Origin: Coxiella sp. (in: g-proteobacteria)
Lineage (GTDB): Bacteria; Pseudomonadota; Gammaproteobacteria; Coxiellales; Coxiellaceae
NCBI GenBank assembly: GCA_002732805.1
Contig: NVSS01000025.1
Coordinates: 1-44,049 of the forward strand
Direction of reading: 5' to 3'
DNA length: 44,049 bases
The notes beneath the pieces were generated by a model. That model searched no databases, had not been told where the DNA came from, and saw nothing but the letters and a program-made list of their open reading frames with translations. Position 1 is the stretch's first letter. Every line of letters starts with the position of its first letter. Below are positions 1 through 9,796 of the stretch, one piece after another. Made by a program: the position numbers and the translations under genes.

Positions 1-99
1 TAGCTGCTTCTATGGGTCAGATACAGAATATCATAGCTTTAGGTAATCAGCTTACTGGGCAGAATCCTGTATCTCAGGGACAGTTCATTAAGGGTAATA
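1..99. repeat. Left copy of a 99-bp exact direct repeat shared with 43951..44049 (contig self-overlap or terminal redundancy)
   Basis: Bases 1..99 (tagctgcttctatgggtcag...cattaagggtaata) are identical to 43951..44049 when compared by eye. The repeat lies inside the portal reading frame and preserves it. Confidence 0.95.
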
Positions 100-689
100 A
101 GACAGATGGCCAGTTTGATCAGGTTATGTCTAATGCAACTGGCAGAGACCAGATGGCTGCTATTCTCCTGGAGACTCAAGTATTCACTCCAATGAAACTT
201 ATAATGAAGATTGATATCTTACAGTTTCAAGGCGGCACTACTCTCTATAACAGAGATTCTCAGAAAGAAGTTGAGATAGATCCTGTACAGCTTAGGCAAG
301 CAGTCTTAAACTTCCGTATTACAGACGGCCTAATAGATGCAGATACAGTTCTGAATACAGATGCTTTCTTATCTTCTATGCAGACTCTAGCTACTAATGC
401 TAGCCTGGGAGCTGGTTATAATGTTACGCAGCTCTTCTCCTATCTGATGAAAACACAAGGAGCAGATCTAACTCCCTTTGAGAAGTCTCCTGAGCAGCAA
501 GCATTCGAACAAGCTATGGGAGCCTGGAATCAGAATCTATCTCTCCTAATAGATAAAGGAGGAGATCCAGATAAGATGCCTCCAGCTCCTTTACCTGAGC
601 AGTTCGGATATGACCCAGCTAAGAATGAACCAGCCCCTGCAGCAGCAGCCTCTTCACAAACAGCAGTACAAACTCCCGGACTAATCTAA
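1..689 (+). CDS. Portal protein, 3' part. It continues the ORF that starts at 42618; in-frame codons begin at position 3, and 1..99 duplicates the window end.
   Basis: Open frame from the window start to TAA at 687..689, in the same phase (mod 3) as the ORF that runs off the window end. The joined product is about 673 aa. It sits between TerL/endolysin and the scaffold gene. Confidence 0.8.
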   Translation, partial: AASMGQIQNIIALGNQLTGQNPVSQGQFIKGNKTDGQFDQVMSNATGRDQMAAILLETQVFTPMKLIMKIDILQFQGGTTLYNRDSQKEVEIDPVQLRQAVLNFRITDGLIDADTVLNTDAFLSSMQTLATNASLGAGYNVTQLFSYLMKTQGADLTPFEKSPEQQAFEQAMGAWNQNLSLLIDKGGDPDKMPPAPLPEQFGYDPAKNEPAPAAAASSQTAVQTPGLI

Positions 690-700
690 CAGGACTCCTT

Positions 701-991
701 ATGGCAACCCAGAACTTAACAGAGAACTCCTTTGTTTCTTGGATCTTAACAGATGCAGAGAACGCAGAAGGTAGTATCTTTAGTATGACTCAGACTCAGG
801 TTATGCAGAATCATCTGTCTGCCTTAGCTGAGCAGTTACTTACAATAAAGATAGACCCAAAAGATCCTATGCTGTTTGCATTACAACATGCAGACTTATC
901 AGGTAAGGTAGAGTTTCTTAAGTATCTATTAGCAATGTCTGATACTATGAAAGAAGCTATAGCGCCCCCAGCACCAGCACCAGAAGATTAA
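701..991 (+). CDS. Hypothetical protein (head module, 96 aa)
   Basis: ORF with AGGA-type RBS (acaggactcctt ATG), tightly packed between the portal and scaffold genes. Pro/Ala-rich C-terminus. Confidence 0.7.
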   Translation: MATQNLTENSFVSWILTDAENAEGSIFSMTQTQVMQNHLSALAEQLLTIKIDPKDPMLFALQHADLSGKVEFLKYLLAMSDTMKEAIAPPAPAPED

Positions 992-1044
992 GACCAGTAA
1001 AAGCACTCCCTTTGTTCCTCCCTAACCTTTAAGGTAATTTAGTT

Positions 1045-1806
1045 ATGAGTATTCTAGACATGTTCCGCCAAGCACCAGCCGCCCCTGCACCAGCTCCTAC
1101 CCAAGCAGCAGCTCTTGCTCCTGTAGGTCCTGCAGGCACTTCTATCCAAGAACCTAATATACAGCCCCAAACAGGGCCTGGTACAGATGTTAACGGTGTA
1201 GTTCCTCAGCAGCTTCCTGGAGCTCCAGAAGGACCTAAGCCCCCACTTGAGGAGTTTAAAGACCTATGGCAAACTGCTCCAGTAGATCCAAAAGCACCTG
1301 CTGATCCTAATGCACCTCAGACTCTTAATCTAGCAGATGTGCAGAAGGTCGTAGGTAATCAGAATATGACAGCTGCAGTTACTCCAGAGATGTTAGCTGC
1401 TGTTACTGGTGGTGGAGAAGGAGCCGCAGAAGCTTTAAATACTTTACTTACTACTGTTGCTCAGAATACACTTACTCAGTCTATGATGATTAACCAGAAC
1501 TTAACTGCTAAGGCAGTAGAGAGAGCACTTGCTGGACAGGATGCTAACTTGAATGCTAGAATTAAAAGTGAGATGGGGCAAGCTCATCTTTTAGATACGA
1601 ATCCCCTCTTTAATGATCCTGCAGTGCAACCTGTAATAGCAGCTGTACAAGAGCGATTACAAGTTCAGTTCCCTAATGCCACTCCCGCCGAACGAACCAA
1701 AATGACACAAGATTTTATTATTACGATGGGCGATGCTTTTAAGCCTGCTCCTGAAGTTGTTACTAAGCCAGGTGAAACAGACTGGTCTGCGTATATAACT
1801 AAGTAG
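1045..1806 (+). CDS. Scaffolding protein candidate (253 aa)
   Basis: Lies between the portal and capsid genes. Pro/Ala/Gln-rich, low-complexity N-terminal half and a helical-looking C-terminal half, as is typical of podovirus scaffolds. No enzymatic motifs. Confidence 0.55.
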   Translation: MSILDMFRQAPAAPAPAPTQAAALAPVGPAGTSIQEPNIQPQTGPGTDVNGVVPQQLPGAPEGPKPPLEEFKDLWQTAPVDPKAPADPNAPQTLNLADVQKVVGNQNMTAAVTPEMLAAVTGGGEGAAEALNTLLTTVAQNTLTQSMMINQNLTAKAVERALAGQDANLNARIKSEMGQAHLLDTNPLFNDPAVQPVIAAVQERLQVQFPNATPAERTKMTQDFIITMGDAFKPAPEVVTKPGETDWSAYITK

Positions 1807-1894
1807 GCAGCAGGTTTGCAGTAGGTTTGCAGCAGTTCCCATCTCCTTTGTTCTTTTCTTTCTTTTAACTTTATGATCTTATCGGAGATACTCT

Positions 1895-2311
1895 ATGACC
1901 TTTATTAGGCCACTTGTTAACAAACACGGTAATGTATCACAGCCTATGAGGGCTGGAGATGGCTTTGCCGCAAACTTACTTCCTGCTAACTTCGAGTCTG
2001 AGTCAGACGAAACTCTGCTTGTACCTGAAGTAAGCGGAGGTTCAGTCTTACAGGGACTTACTCTTACCAGTGATGTTACCTATACTTTACCTGAAGCTGT
2101 TGATCTCTTAGCTGAGTTCGGAGAGATGGACATCAGTGATAGTTTTAGCTTCTATGTAGGTAATAACCAGGCTGCTAGCTTTGATGTTATTCTTGCTGTA
2201 GGTGCCGGCATTACTGCGGTAGGTACTAATAACAACTTAACTGTAGGACCTCAGGCGGGTAAGATCTTTACCTTAATTAAAACCAGTGCAACCACTATGG
2301 ACTTGTACTAA
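1895..2311 (+). CDS. Hypothetical head-module protein (138 aa)
   Basis: ORF with RBS GGAG-N7-ATG, followed by its own hairpin and T-rich tract. Immediately upstream of the capsid gene. Confidence 0.7.
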   Translation: MTFIRPLVNKHGNVSQPMRAGDGFAANLLPANFESESDETLLVPEVSGGSVLQGLTLTSDVTYTLPEAVDLLAEFGEMDISDSFSFYVGNNQAASFDVILAVGAGITAVGTNNNLTVGPQAGKIFTLIKTSATTMDLY

Positions 2312-2321
2312 GATTAGCACC

Positions 2322-2358
2322 AGCGCTCTTACTTCTGGTAGGGCGCTTTCTCTTATTT
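2322..2358 (+). terminator. Putative intrinsic terminator or attenuator
   Basis: Stem agcgctc (2322..2328) pairs with gggcgct (2341..2347): 7 bp including one G-U pair. It is followed by ttctcttattt. Confidence 0.45.
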
Positions 2359-2401
2359 AATCTTTCACTTATAGCTAATCTTAGCTAACAGGATAATCAC
2401 T

Positions 2402-3619
2402 ATGATTTTTAATACAGATCTCTTTACTGAGGACCTAGCAGCGAAGTCGTTTGCTGGTATGATCACTAGGCTCATGCCTAATGGTACTGCCCCTCTATTC
2501 GCTATGACTTCTATGATGGGCGAAGAAACTGCCGTAGCTGTAGAGCATGGCTTCTTCACTAAGACTATGATCTTCCCAGAACTTAAGATCAATAAGTCCG
2601 GTGGCTATACTGCTTCTGAAACTACCTTCACTGCAGATAGTACTACTAATCTCTTACCTGGTATGATCATGCGCATTGAGCGTACTGGTGAGAATGTTAT
2701 CATCAATTCTGTGCCTACTACAACTACTGTAACCGTAGAGCGATCTGTTGGTTCCGTAGCTGCAGCTGCTATTAATGATGATGACGACTTCTTCCAAGTA
2801 GGTAATGCTTATGAAGAAGCTTCAGTTCGTCCTGCTTCTAATAACATCATCCCAGTACGAGTAACTAACCTTACTCAGATCTTCCGTAATACTTGGGGTA
2901 TCTCTGGTTCTGCTAAGGCTACTTCAGTTATTGCAGGTGAGTCTACTGACTCAGAGAACAAGCAAGATGCAGCTGCTCTGCACGCCTCTGATATTGAGAA
3001 GATGCTTTTCTTTGGTCAGAAGTCTCAGTCTACCAGAAATGGTCAGCCCTTTAGAACTGCTGATGGCTTGATTAATATCGTAGAAGATATTACCAACTAT
3101 CCGCCTTCTTATGCTGCGGTTAACAGTTTCACTGCTGGTGCTACCACTAACTGGACTCAGTTAGAAGGCTTCCTAGATCCAGTCTTTGACCAGACTACTG
3201 ATCCTAAGGCTGCTAATGAGCGGGCTCTGTTTGTAGGCGGAGCTGCTAAAGTAGTTCTGAATAACATTGGCCGGTTGAATGGTACCTACCAGTTGATGGA
3301 TGGCCAAACTAACTTCGGCCTACAGTTCTCTACCTTAACTACTTCTCGTGGTAAGTTTAGAATCATTGAGCATCCTTTGTTCAACTCTAACCCTATCTGG
3401 TCTAAGATGGCAGTTGGTGTAGATTTACCTTCCTTTAAACTGGCTTATCTCCAGGGCAGACAGACCCAGGAACTGCAGTTTAATACCCAGGGTAACCAAG
3501 CTCAGGATAATGGTATCGATGCAGTTGGCGGTACTCTTACTACAGAATGTACTACTGTAGTTAAGAACCCTCCTGCGAATGTTATCATCCGTAACCTGAC
3601 TTTAGCTGCAGAAGGCTAA
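2402..3619 (+). CDS. Major capsid protein (405 aa, HK97-fold type inferred)
   Basis: Position after the scaffold gene, appropriate size, and a terminator directly downstream. The sequence pattern (...RVTNLTQIFRNTWGISGSAKAT...DIEKMLFFGQK...) resembles N4/SU10-type podovirus capsid proteins as I remember them. Confidence 0.75.
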   Translation: MIFNTDLFTEDLAAKSFAGMITRLMPNGTAPLFAMTSMMGEETAVAVEHGFFTKTMIFPELKINKSGGYTASETTFTADSTTNLLPGMIMRIERTGENVIINSVPTTTTVTVERSVGSVAAAAINDDDDFFQVGNAYEEASVRPASNNIIPVRVTNLTQIFRNTWGISGSAKATSVIAGESTDSENKQDAAALHASDIEKMLFFGQKSQSTRNGQPFRTADGLINIVEDITNYPPSYAAVNSFTAGATTNWTQLEGFLDPVFDQTTDPKAANERALFVGGAAKVVLNNIGRLNGTYQLMDGQTNFGLQFSTLTTSRGKFRIIEHPLFNSNPIWSKMAVGVDLPSFKLAYLQGRQTQELQFNTQGNQAQDNGIDAVGGTLTTECTTVVKNPPANVIIRNLTLAAEG

Positions 3620-3665
3620 TACCCACTGCCTGCACTCACAAGCAGTTGTTTTTAAGTTCTATATA

Positions 3666-3700
3666 AGCCTCCTTTAGCATAAAGCTACTGGGGGCTTTTT
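3666..3700 (+). terminator. Intrinsic terminator after the capsid gene
   Basis: Stem agcctcc (3666..3672) pairs with gggggct (3690..3696): 7 bp including one G-U pair. It is followed by a T run (3696..3700). Confidence 0.6.
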
Positions 3701-3744
3701 AGGTGTAAGCCCTCCCATAATATACTCCTAATAGGAAACTCCCT

Positions 3745-4179
3745 ATGACTACCCAAACAGATAAACCTCGTATTACCTTAGCTGCTGAAAGGAAGTTCCA
3801 GCATTATCATTGTGCGCGCCCTTCTATGAAGATGATTACTCATAAAGGTACTGTTATTGTATTTGTAGCTCACAAGTTCATTACAGAAAATGAAGAGATC
3901 ATAGCGTATCTTAACTCTGAGATTGCAGCTGGCTGTGATGTAGTTACTAAAGGTGAGCTGCTTACAGAACTAGAAGCTGATCCTATGGCTTCTCTGAGAG
4001 AAAGAATCATTAAAGAAGAAGCTGAGCGTATTGCTGCCGCTGCCCAGAAGCTGCAGGAAGATACAGCTCAAGCTGCTATGAAAGGTACTGGTATTGTTTC
4101 TAGCGACTCCTTAGTTACTGCTGGTGCTTCTAACTCTTCTGCTTCTGCTTCTGCTCCTACTGGCGCCGGCTCTAAGTAA
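3745..4179 (+). CDS. Hypothetical virion-module protein (144 aa)
   Basis: ORF with RBS (aggaaactccct ATG). Ala/Ser-rich C-terminal tail. Confidence 0.7.
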   Translation: MTTQTDKPRITLAAERKFQHYHCARPSMKMITHKGTVIVFVAHKFITENEEIIAYLNSEIAAGCDVVTKGELLTELEADPMASLRERIIKEEAERIAAAAQKLQEDTAQAAMKGTGIVSSDSLVTAGASNSSASASAPTGAGSK

Positions 4180-4194
4180 TACAGGAACTATCTT

Positions 4195-4788
4195 ATGAAC
4201 TTTTCAGAGTTAAAATCAGAAGTACATCTGCTTACTAACAGACCTGACTTGTTTGCTGAGACTGAGTCAGCTATTAAAGCTGCGACTCTGAAAGCTCATA
4301 AGGTAGACTTCTTTTCTAAAGACTTGTACTCAACTGGAGTAGCTTTTGAGGACCCAGGTTTCAGGCAGTCTCTAGATTATGTCTTACTCATTCCTAACTT
4401 TAGGGCTTTCAAGTCTTTTAGGCTTGCAGAAAACGAGACAGATGATACAGGCGACTTTATAGATATAATAACAATCGATGAGATCCTTGATGCTTACGGA
4501 AGAAATCGCACTAATATAGGATATGTAGCTGGCAGAGTCTTAGAACTCCGAGCAGCTGTAGAATTCCAGTTTGGCTTACTTACTGCTTATGTAAGTCCAA
4601 TAGTAACACCTGAAGAAGACTACTCATCTTGGGTAGCAGAGCAGTTTCCTTTCACCATCATTTACGAAGCTGCCAGAGTTATATTTACTTCTATAGGACA
4701 AGCTGATAAGGCAAGGCTCTATAGAGATATGAGAATTGAAGAATATAAAGAACTGGGCACATCTGCCCTAACTGATGTAGGCTCTTAA
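4195..4788 (+). CDS. Head-tail adaptor/connector candidate (197 aa)
   Basis: Position downstream of the capsid gene and upstream of the tailspike. The N-terminus (MNFSELKSEVHLLTNRPDL...) looks like many phage head-tail joining proteins. Size is comparable to T7 gp11, but I see no sequence similarity to gp11. Confidence 0.4.
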   Translation: MNFSELKSEVHLLTNRPDLFAETESAIKAATLKAHKVDFFSKDLYSTGVAFEDPGFRQSLDYVLLIPNFRAFKSFRLAENETDDTGDFIDIITIDEILDAYGRNRTNIGYVAGRVLELRAAVEFQFGLLTAYVSPIVTPEEDYSSWVAEQFPFTIIYEAARVIFTSIGQADKARLYRDMRIEEYKELGTSALTDVGS

Positions 4789-4827
4789 AGAACTAAGAGA
4801 GCTAGGCTCCTAGAAAGGATAAGCACA

Positions 4828-6714
4828 ATGACTAACTCACCAGCTGATGTTTGGAACCCTAAAGTAACTGTTAAGTTTGATGCAGACGATAGAACTGCTA
4901 GCGAAACCTTTACAGCTACATTAGGCCAAACTATATTTAACCTTTTAACTTTTTCCTATGCCTTAGATAACAATTCTCTGGCAGTATATAAGAATGGCCA
5001 GCGCCTAGTTAAAGGTACTGAATGGGGGGAGAGGACTGCTACTAGTTTTTCTGTAGTAGCCTCTGCTGCTGCTTCTGATGTATATGTAGCTGTAGGTGTA
5101 GTAGGTACTACTATAGTAACTCATGAAGGCAGCTTAATTAACCGTACTTTATATAATCTAGGAACTGAAGCAGCTAGCTCTAGTCATGAAGATATAACCG
5201 TAGGGCATATAATTGAAACTAATTATATAAATAGCCTCCTTACTGTAGGTAGTGGATCTGAAGTAGCTTTTACTGGTGCTGTAGACATTGGCAAGGCTAG
5301 TCAATGGCCGAATACTGATGATGGTAAGTTCTATGATCTGAACGGTAAGCAGTTTGAGGTGATACTCGACTTAGGCATTCTAAACCTTGCGGTGTACGGT
5401 GCTGTTATAAACGGCGATATCGCTAGCATATATGCTACAGCTCAAGCGGCAGGACATGACAACGTAATATTGCCTCAAGGTAACTTTAATTACACATCCC
5501 AGTTAAACGTAGGTAATGGTAAGTTAGTCGGCTCTACCACTCAGTTGAGTACCATTACCTACACAGGAGTTAGTGATATCGTATCAGTACTGTACTCTTC
5601 AGGTGCCATAATTCAGGATCTTAAAATATTAGGGCCTTGGGCAAGTGGTAGGGATGTGACTACTAACTTAGTAGGTATAAGCGACTCTGCCAGTGTAGTT
5701 GCGCCAACTGGGCAAAGTAATAGAGCTGTATTACGCAATGTAAGGGTTGAGCTTTTCGGTGTTAACTACTGGTTCAAAAATACACAAAACATTCTAATAG
5801 ACGATGTGTTTGCTCAGTACGCTAAATATAAAGAATACCACTTTGAAGATACCGAGAATACGTTTGCAACAAAGGTCAATGCTAACGGCACAGAAGGACT
5901 TGCAACAATTAGTTCTGATGCGTCATATAAATGGATACATGCGGATAATGCTCGGAACTTACGAATAACAGATGGCATTATGGAACGCGCCATTGACATC
6001 GTTGGGCCAGTACTATTCGAGAACGGTACCAGGGCAGCGCTCACCAATGTGGAGTTCAATGCTGCTACTGATTACATTGTAAATACTACCGACACCTCTG
6101 AGTTAATACTAGCCTCACCCGCATTTACAGCGTCAGGTCTTGGCGAGTTACTTGTCAAGGCTGAGGATTCTTCAGAGTGTGTAATGCAATCACCTACTCT
6201 TAGTGGTTCTGGCGGCGCTCACCTGTGGAGTTTAGTTAGCGGTAATGTGCGTGATGCTAGATCGGAGTCATCCTATACGTTTCATAAGACACCGCTGTCT
6301 AGGTTCGTTAATACTTCTGGCGGTACAGGTGTCATGAATGATGGAGTGTTAGAAGTAGTAGGCGCAGGATCTGCACAAGGTGTATTTATACAAGACAAAA
6401 CGTCAAATGCTATCTTCTCGAAAGCAACAGGTGACAACCTTGGCGGGTTCTATGTAGATTTAGAAGTTAGTGGTTTTTCTGGTGCTACTAAGATGAATGT
6501 ATATCTGCTCAAGCCTTCTCCCAGCTTTAGGCGTAAAATAGGCGAAGTTACAGCAATTGGCCATACTAGAATACCTGTCACATTAGAGGATGAAGATTCC
6601 TTGAATTCAATAGGATTAGGGGTCGAGTGGGACGGTTCAACAGTAGACCCTGATCACGGTAATAATGGTGTTGTTACGTTAGTGGGCCGTAGGGCAGTAC
6701 TAACCCGAGCATAA
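4828..6714 (+). CDS. Tailspike / receptor-binding protein with a pectate-lyase-like (beta-helix) depolymerase domain (628 aa)
   Basis: The motif LNLAVYGAVINGD..IYATAQAAGHDNVILPQGNFNY resembles the N-terminal signature of pectate_lyase_3/tailspike beta-helices (DyGA.gDG...A.q.A....v.iP.G.Y). The N-terminal ~170 aa have native composition, while the C-terminal ~460 aa have a different dinucleotide composition. Confidence 0.6.
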   Translation: MTNSPADVWNPKVTVKFDADDRTASETFTATLGQTIFNLLTFSYALDNNSLAVYKNGQRLVKGTEWGERTATSFSVVASAAASDVYVAVGVVGTTIVTHEGSLINRTLYNLGTEAASSSHEDITVGHIIETNYINSLLTVGSGSEVAFTGAVDIGKASQWPNTDDGKFYDLNGKQFEVILDLGILNLAVYGAVINGDIASIYATAQAAGHDNVILPQGNFNYTSQLNVGNGKLVGSTTQLSTITYTGVSDIVSVLYSSGAIIQDLKILGPWASGRDVTTNLVGISDSASVVAPTGQSNRAVLRNVRVELFGVNYWFKNTQNILIDDVFAQYAKYKEYHFEDTENTFATKVNANGTEGLATISSDASYKWIHADNARNLRITDGIMERAIDIVGPVLFENGTRAALTNVEFNAATDYIVNTTDTSELILASPAFTASGLGELLVKAEDSSECVMQSPTLSGSGGAHLWSLVSGNVRDARSESSYTFHKTPLSRFVNTSGGTGVMNDGVLEVVGAGSAQGVFIQDKTSNAIFSKATGDNLGGFYVDLEVSGFSGATKMNVYLLKPSPSFRRKIGEVTAIGHTRIPVTLEDEDSLNSIGLGVEWDGSTVDPDHGNNGVVTLVGRRAVLTRA

Positions 6715-6773
6715 CTATGAGCCAAGGTTGAGAGTCTATAAGTCCTATATTAAGCTAAACGCAAGGAATCAGT

Positions 6774-7064
6774 ATGTCAAGAGAAGAGGCTAAATCCTGG
6801 GCTTCATCTAATGTCCTAGGAGTAGTACAGTTAGCAGCTTTGGCTGCAGTATTCTATGTGAGTTCTACTGCTGATACTGCAGCTAGAACTCTTGTAGATG
6901 CGCATGAAGAAGATGCTGGACATGCAGTGTTAGTTGTAGCTATAGGTGAGAATGCCACTGCTATTAAGCTTCTGACGCAGAGAACCCAGTTTGATTCAGA
7001 TCAGTACAGGATAGATATGGCCCGGCTTCTGGCTCAGTTAGAAGCATATTCCAGAAAAAGGTAA
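6774..7064 (+). CDS. Small membrane protein (96 aa); holin candidate by position only
   Basis: One hydrophobic helix (VLGVVQLAALAAVFYV) near the N-terminus. It lies directly after the tailspike gene, as the T7 holin gp17.5 follows gp17. Confidence 0.35.
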   Translation: MSREEAKSWASSNVLGVVQLAALAAVFYVSSTADTAARTLVDAHEEDAGHAVLVVAIGENATAIKLLTQRTQFDSDQYRIDMARLLAQLEAYSRKR

Positions 7065-7080
7065 AGAGAGGAGAATTCTT

Positions 7081-8592
7081 ATGGCTCAGTTAGACTTCAG
7101 CATGAACTTACAGAATACTAGATTCTCTCTTCTATCTTCTGACCAGTCTAGGACTGTTATTAACCCTGAGAGAGGAGGCAATCCAGATCCTCCTACTGTT
7201 TCTTATTCTCATAATATGATGGCTACTACAGAAGGCTATAAGACAATAGGCTATACAGTAAGGACTCCTGATGTTCCTGCTATAGTAAGTGGCTTTACTT
7301 TAGTGAGGCCTATAATAGCTATCGATGGCTCCCTTCATATATTAGGCTGGGACGGAGTAGGTCAAGCCTATAGGATAGCAGGAAGTGCTTGGCAGATAGT
7401 TAACCCAAGCCCTCCTCCTATATTACTTACAGAAACTATAACTGTGGGAGATGTAGATGGAAGAAGCTATATCTTCTATGAAGGCCATGGGTGTTTTAGT
7501 TATGATAGCGACACTAACACTCTTAATACTGTAACTCTTACAGGTTTAGATCTTTCTGAGGTAATAGGAGTAGCAGGCTCGAATGGCTATCTGGTAGCTT
7601 TTACAGGAGATGCAATAGCTTGGAGCAGTACTCTAGATCCTACTGACTTTGTACCTAGTCCAGTTACAGGTTCTGGAGGAGGCAAGATAGCAGACATAGA
7701 TGGCAGAATAATATTGACCACTAGCGTCTCTACTGGTTTGTTAATATATACAGGACATAATGTAGTAGCAGCTAGCTATACTGGGAACATTAACTTTCCT
7801 TGGAAACTTAAAGAGGTACCTAATTCTAAGGGCACCTCTACAATAGCAGATATAGCTTTTATGAGTAACTCAGGTCCTCAGTTTGTAAGAACTTTTGCAG
7901 GCTATCAAAGCGTAGTACCTCAGACTGCTGAAATGCTGCTACCTGAAGTAGAAGATTTTCTAACAGGAAGAAGAGTAGAAACTTTTAATGAGGTTACTTT
8001 TGTATATGATGAGGTATTTACAGGAGCTAACATTCTGACAAGGCTGACTTTGATAGGTTCTAGATACTTAGTTATATCTTATGGGCTAGCTGAAAGTCCT
8101 TTTAATCCTTTAGGTCCTTACACTCATGCTCTAATTTATGATAATGTATTAAGTAAATTGAGTAAGTTACTGATACGTCACATAGTATGCTTTGACCTAT
8201 CTCCTATAATTGCAGGAGCTGCTAATACCAATGCTATAGCTTTTCTGCAGCTTAAAGGAGCTGTCTATACTGTAGATACTAACAACTCTGAAGAAGCCTC
8301 TGGTGTACTGATCCTAGGTAAACTGCAGCATAGAAGAGGCAAGTTCTTAACTATCCTGGAGATCTCTCTTACTAATGCAGACATCTTTACAAAAGCTTAC
8401 GTACAGACTTCTTTAAATGGCTCCTCTTTTACAACTAAGGAGGCTTCCCTGAAACTTACTTCTACGCAAGGAGAAAGGGAGCTGATAGATTACAATATAA
8501 GAGAGACAGGAGTAAATCATTCAGTTGTTATTATAGGTAATGTAAACTTAGTTGATGTACATACAACTTATACAGAAGCTGGCGACAGGTAA
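7081..8592 (+). CDS. Virion structural protein, tail-associated (503 aa); function unassigned
   Basis: Long ORF with RBS (agaggagaattctt ATG) in the tail gene block. No motif recognised. Confidence 0.6.
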   Translation: MAQLDFSMNLQNTRFSLLSSDQSRTVINPERGGNPDPPTVSYSHNMMATTEGYKTIGYTVRTPDVPAIVSGFTLVRPIIAIDGSLHILGWDGVGQAYRIAGSAWQIVNPSPPPILLTETITVGDVDGRSYIFYEGHGCFSYDSDTNTLNTVTLTGLDLSEVIGVAGSNGYLVAFTGDAIAWSSTLDPTDFVPSPVTGSGGGKIADIDGRIILTTSVSTGLLIYTGHNVVAASYTGNINFPWKLKEVPNSKGTSTIADIAFMSNSGPQFVRTFAGYQSVVPQTAEMLLPEVEDFLTGRRVETFNEVTFVYDEVFTGANILTRLTLIGSRYLVISYGLAESPFNPLGPYTHALIYDNVLSKLSKLLIRHIVCFDLSPIIAGAANTNAIAFLQLKGAVYTVDTNNSEEASGVLILGKLQHRRGKFLTILEISLTNADIFTKAYVQTSLNGSSFTTKEASLKLTSTQGERELIDYNIRETGVNHSVVIIGNVNLVDVHTTYTEAGDR

Positions 8593-8619
8593 CTCCTAGA
8601 GAGATAAAGGATATAAGAC

Positions 8620-9738
8620 ATGCCTAATACTACATATGCGGCAGGAGTAAATCTTAACCTGGCTGCGACCCCTCTTGTAAAAGAAGAGGAAGATCCTATA
8701 CTGTACCAAGAGCTCTCAGACCTACATGGAGCTATAGAGAATTTAGCAGGAGAAACTATAGTGAAAGATTACTTCCAGGAGGTTGCAGCAGGAAGAGTAC
8801 CTGGAAGTGCTGCTTTCCAAGTTAATGCAGTTAATCCTGATATAGACTCAGGCTCTGGTTTTGAAGTTATCTGGGACGGAGGAGGTACTTATATTCCACC
8901 TACTGCTGCTAGAGTACATGACATAGTTTCTACTTCTATTTTAGACGTAGGAACAGTGGTTTCTTCTGGAACAATAACTGCTACTGCGCCCCTTAAGCTG
9001 GTAGATTCTTCTGCCACCTTTCTAACAGATGGAGTTCTTCCAGGGCAGCATATCTTAAATGATACTGCTAGTTCTATAAGCTTTGTTCTCTCAGTAGATT
9101 CTGAGACTGAGATTACCTTGTTCCTGGAAGCTATAGATCCTGATTCTCTGCAGACTACCGGTCTCTTTCTGGCAGGTGAAGATTACAGAATAGTAAAAGA
9201 AGGATCTACTGGTGCAGCTTATGTATCAGTGAATGGATTAGATGCAGGAGGCGCTGCTGTAACTGAGATGGTCCTTCTGAACGGTACTACTAATGTACCT
9301 ACAGTGAATTCCTATCTCAGGCAGTTTAGACTGAGAGCCTTCGCTCCTGTAACTACTGGTACGGCTGGTATTATAACTTCTACTGCACAGACAGATGGTA
9401 CAGTATCAGCGCAGATTAATCTAGGTAATAACCAGTCCCAATCTTCTGCTTATAGAGTACCAGAAGGAACAGTAGCTTACCTGCATCAGTGGTGGGGATC
9501 TCTAGCTAATAAGGTCTCTGCCAATAGTAATATAAAGCTTATGGCAGGTAACTTGCTAGGCTTTCAGTATATAATACAGAGCAGAGCTTTGGATAGTACT
9601 GGCTCTTCCGAGTTCCATTATGAGCCTTCCTTACCTTTGCGCTTCGTAGCAGGTACTGATGTATGGGTAGAAGCAGACTCTAATGTGAACAATCTAGCAG
9701 TAGCATCTGGCGCTTGTTTGATAATAGAAGATATATAA
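8620..9738 (+). CDS. Virion structural protein, tail or fibre-associated (372 aa); function unassigned
   Basis: Long ORF with RBS (aaaggatataagac ATG) in the tail gene block. No motif recognised. Confidence 0.6.
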   Translation: MPNTTYAAGVNLNLAATPLVKEEEDPILYQELSDLHGAIENLAGETIVKDYFQEVAAGRVPGSAAFQVNAVNPDIDSGSGFEVIWDGGGTYIPPTAARVHDIVSTSILDVGTVVSSGTITATAPLKLVDSSATFLTDGVLPGQHILNDTASSISFVLSVDSETEITLFLEAIDPDSLQTTGLFLAGEDYRIVKEGSTGAAYVSVNGLDAGGAAVTEMVLLNGTTNVPTVNSYLRQFRLRAFAPVTTGTAGIITSTAQTDGTVSAQINLGNNQSQSSAYRVPEGTVAYLHQWWGSLANKVSANSNIKLMAGNLLGFQYIIQSRALDSTGSSEFHYEPSLPLRFVAGTDVWVEADSNVNNLAVASGACLIIEDI

Positions 9739-9796
9739 GAGCAGCTAAAGGCAGTTAAAGCATACAGCGCATACAAACTATTTCGGAGAATATAAC

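Noticed and set aside
1-99. The 99-bp end repeat as a genuine direct terminal repeat of the virion DNA
   Set aside because: It lies in the middle of the portal coding sequence and is exactly 99 nt long, a common assembler k-mer size. True phage DTRs normally fall in non-coding DNA.
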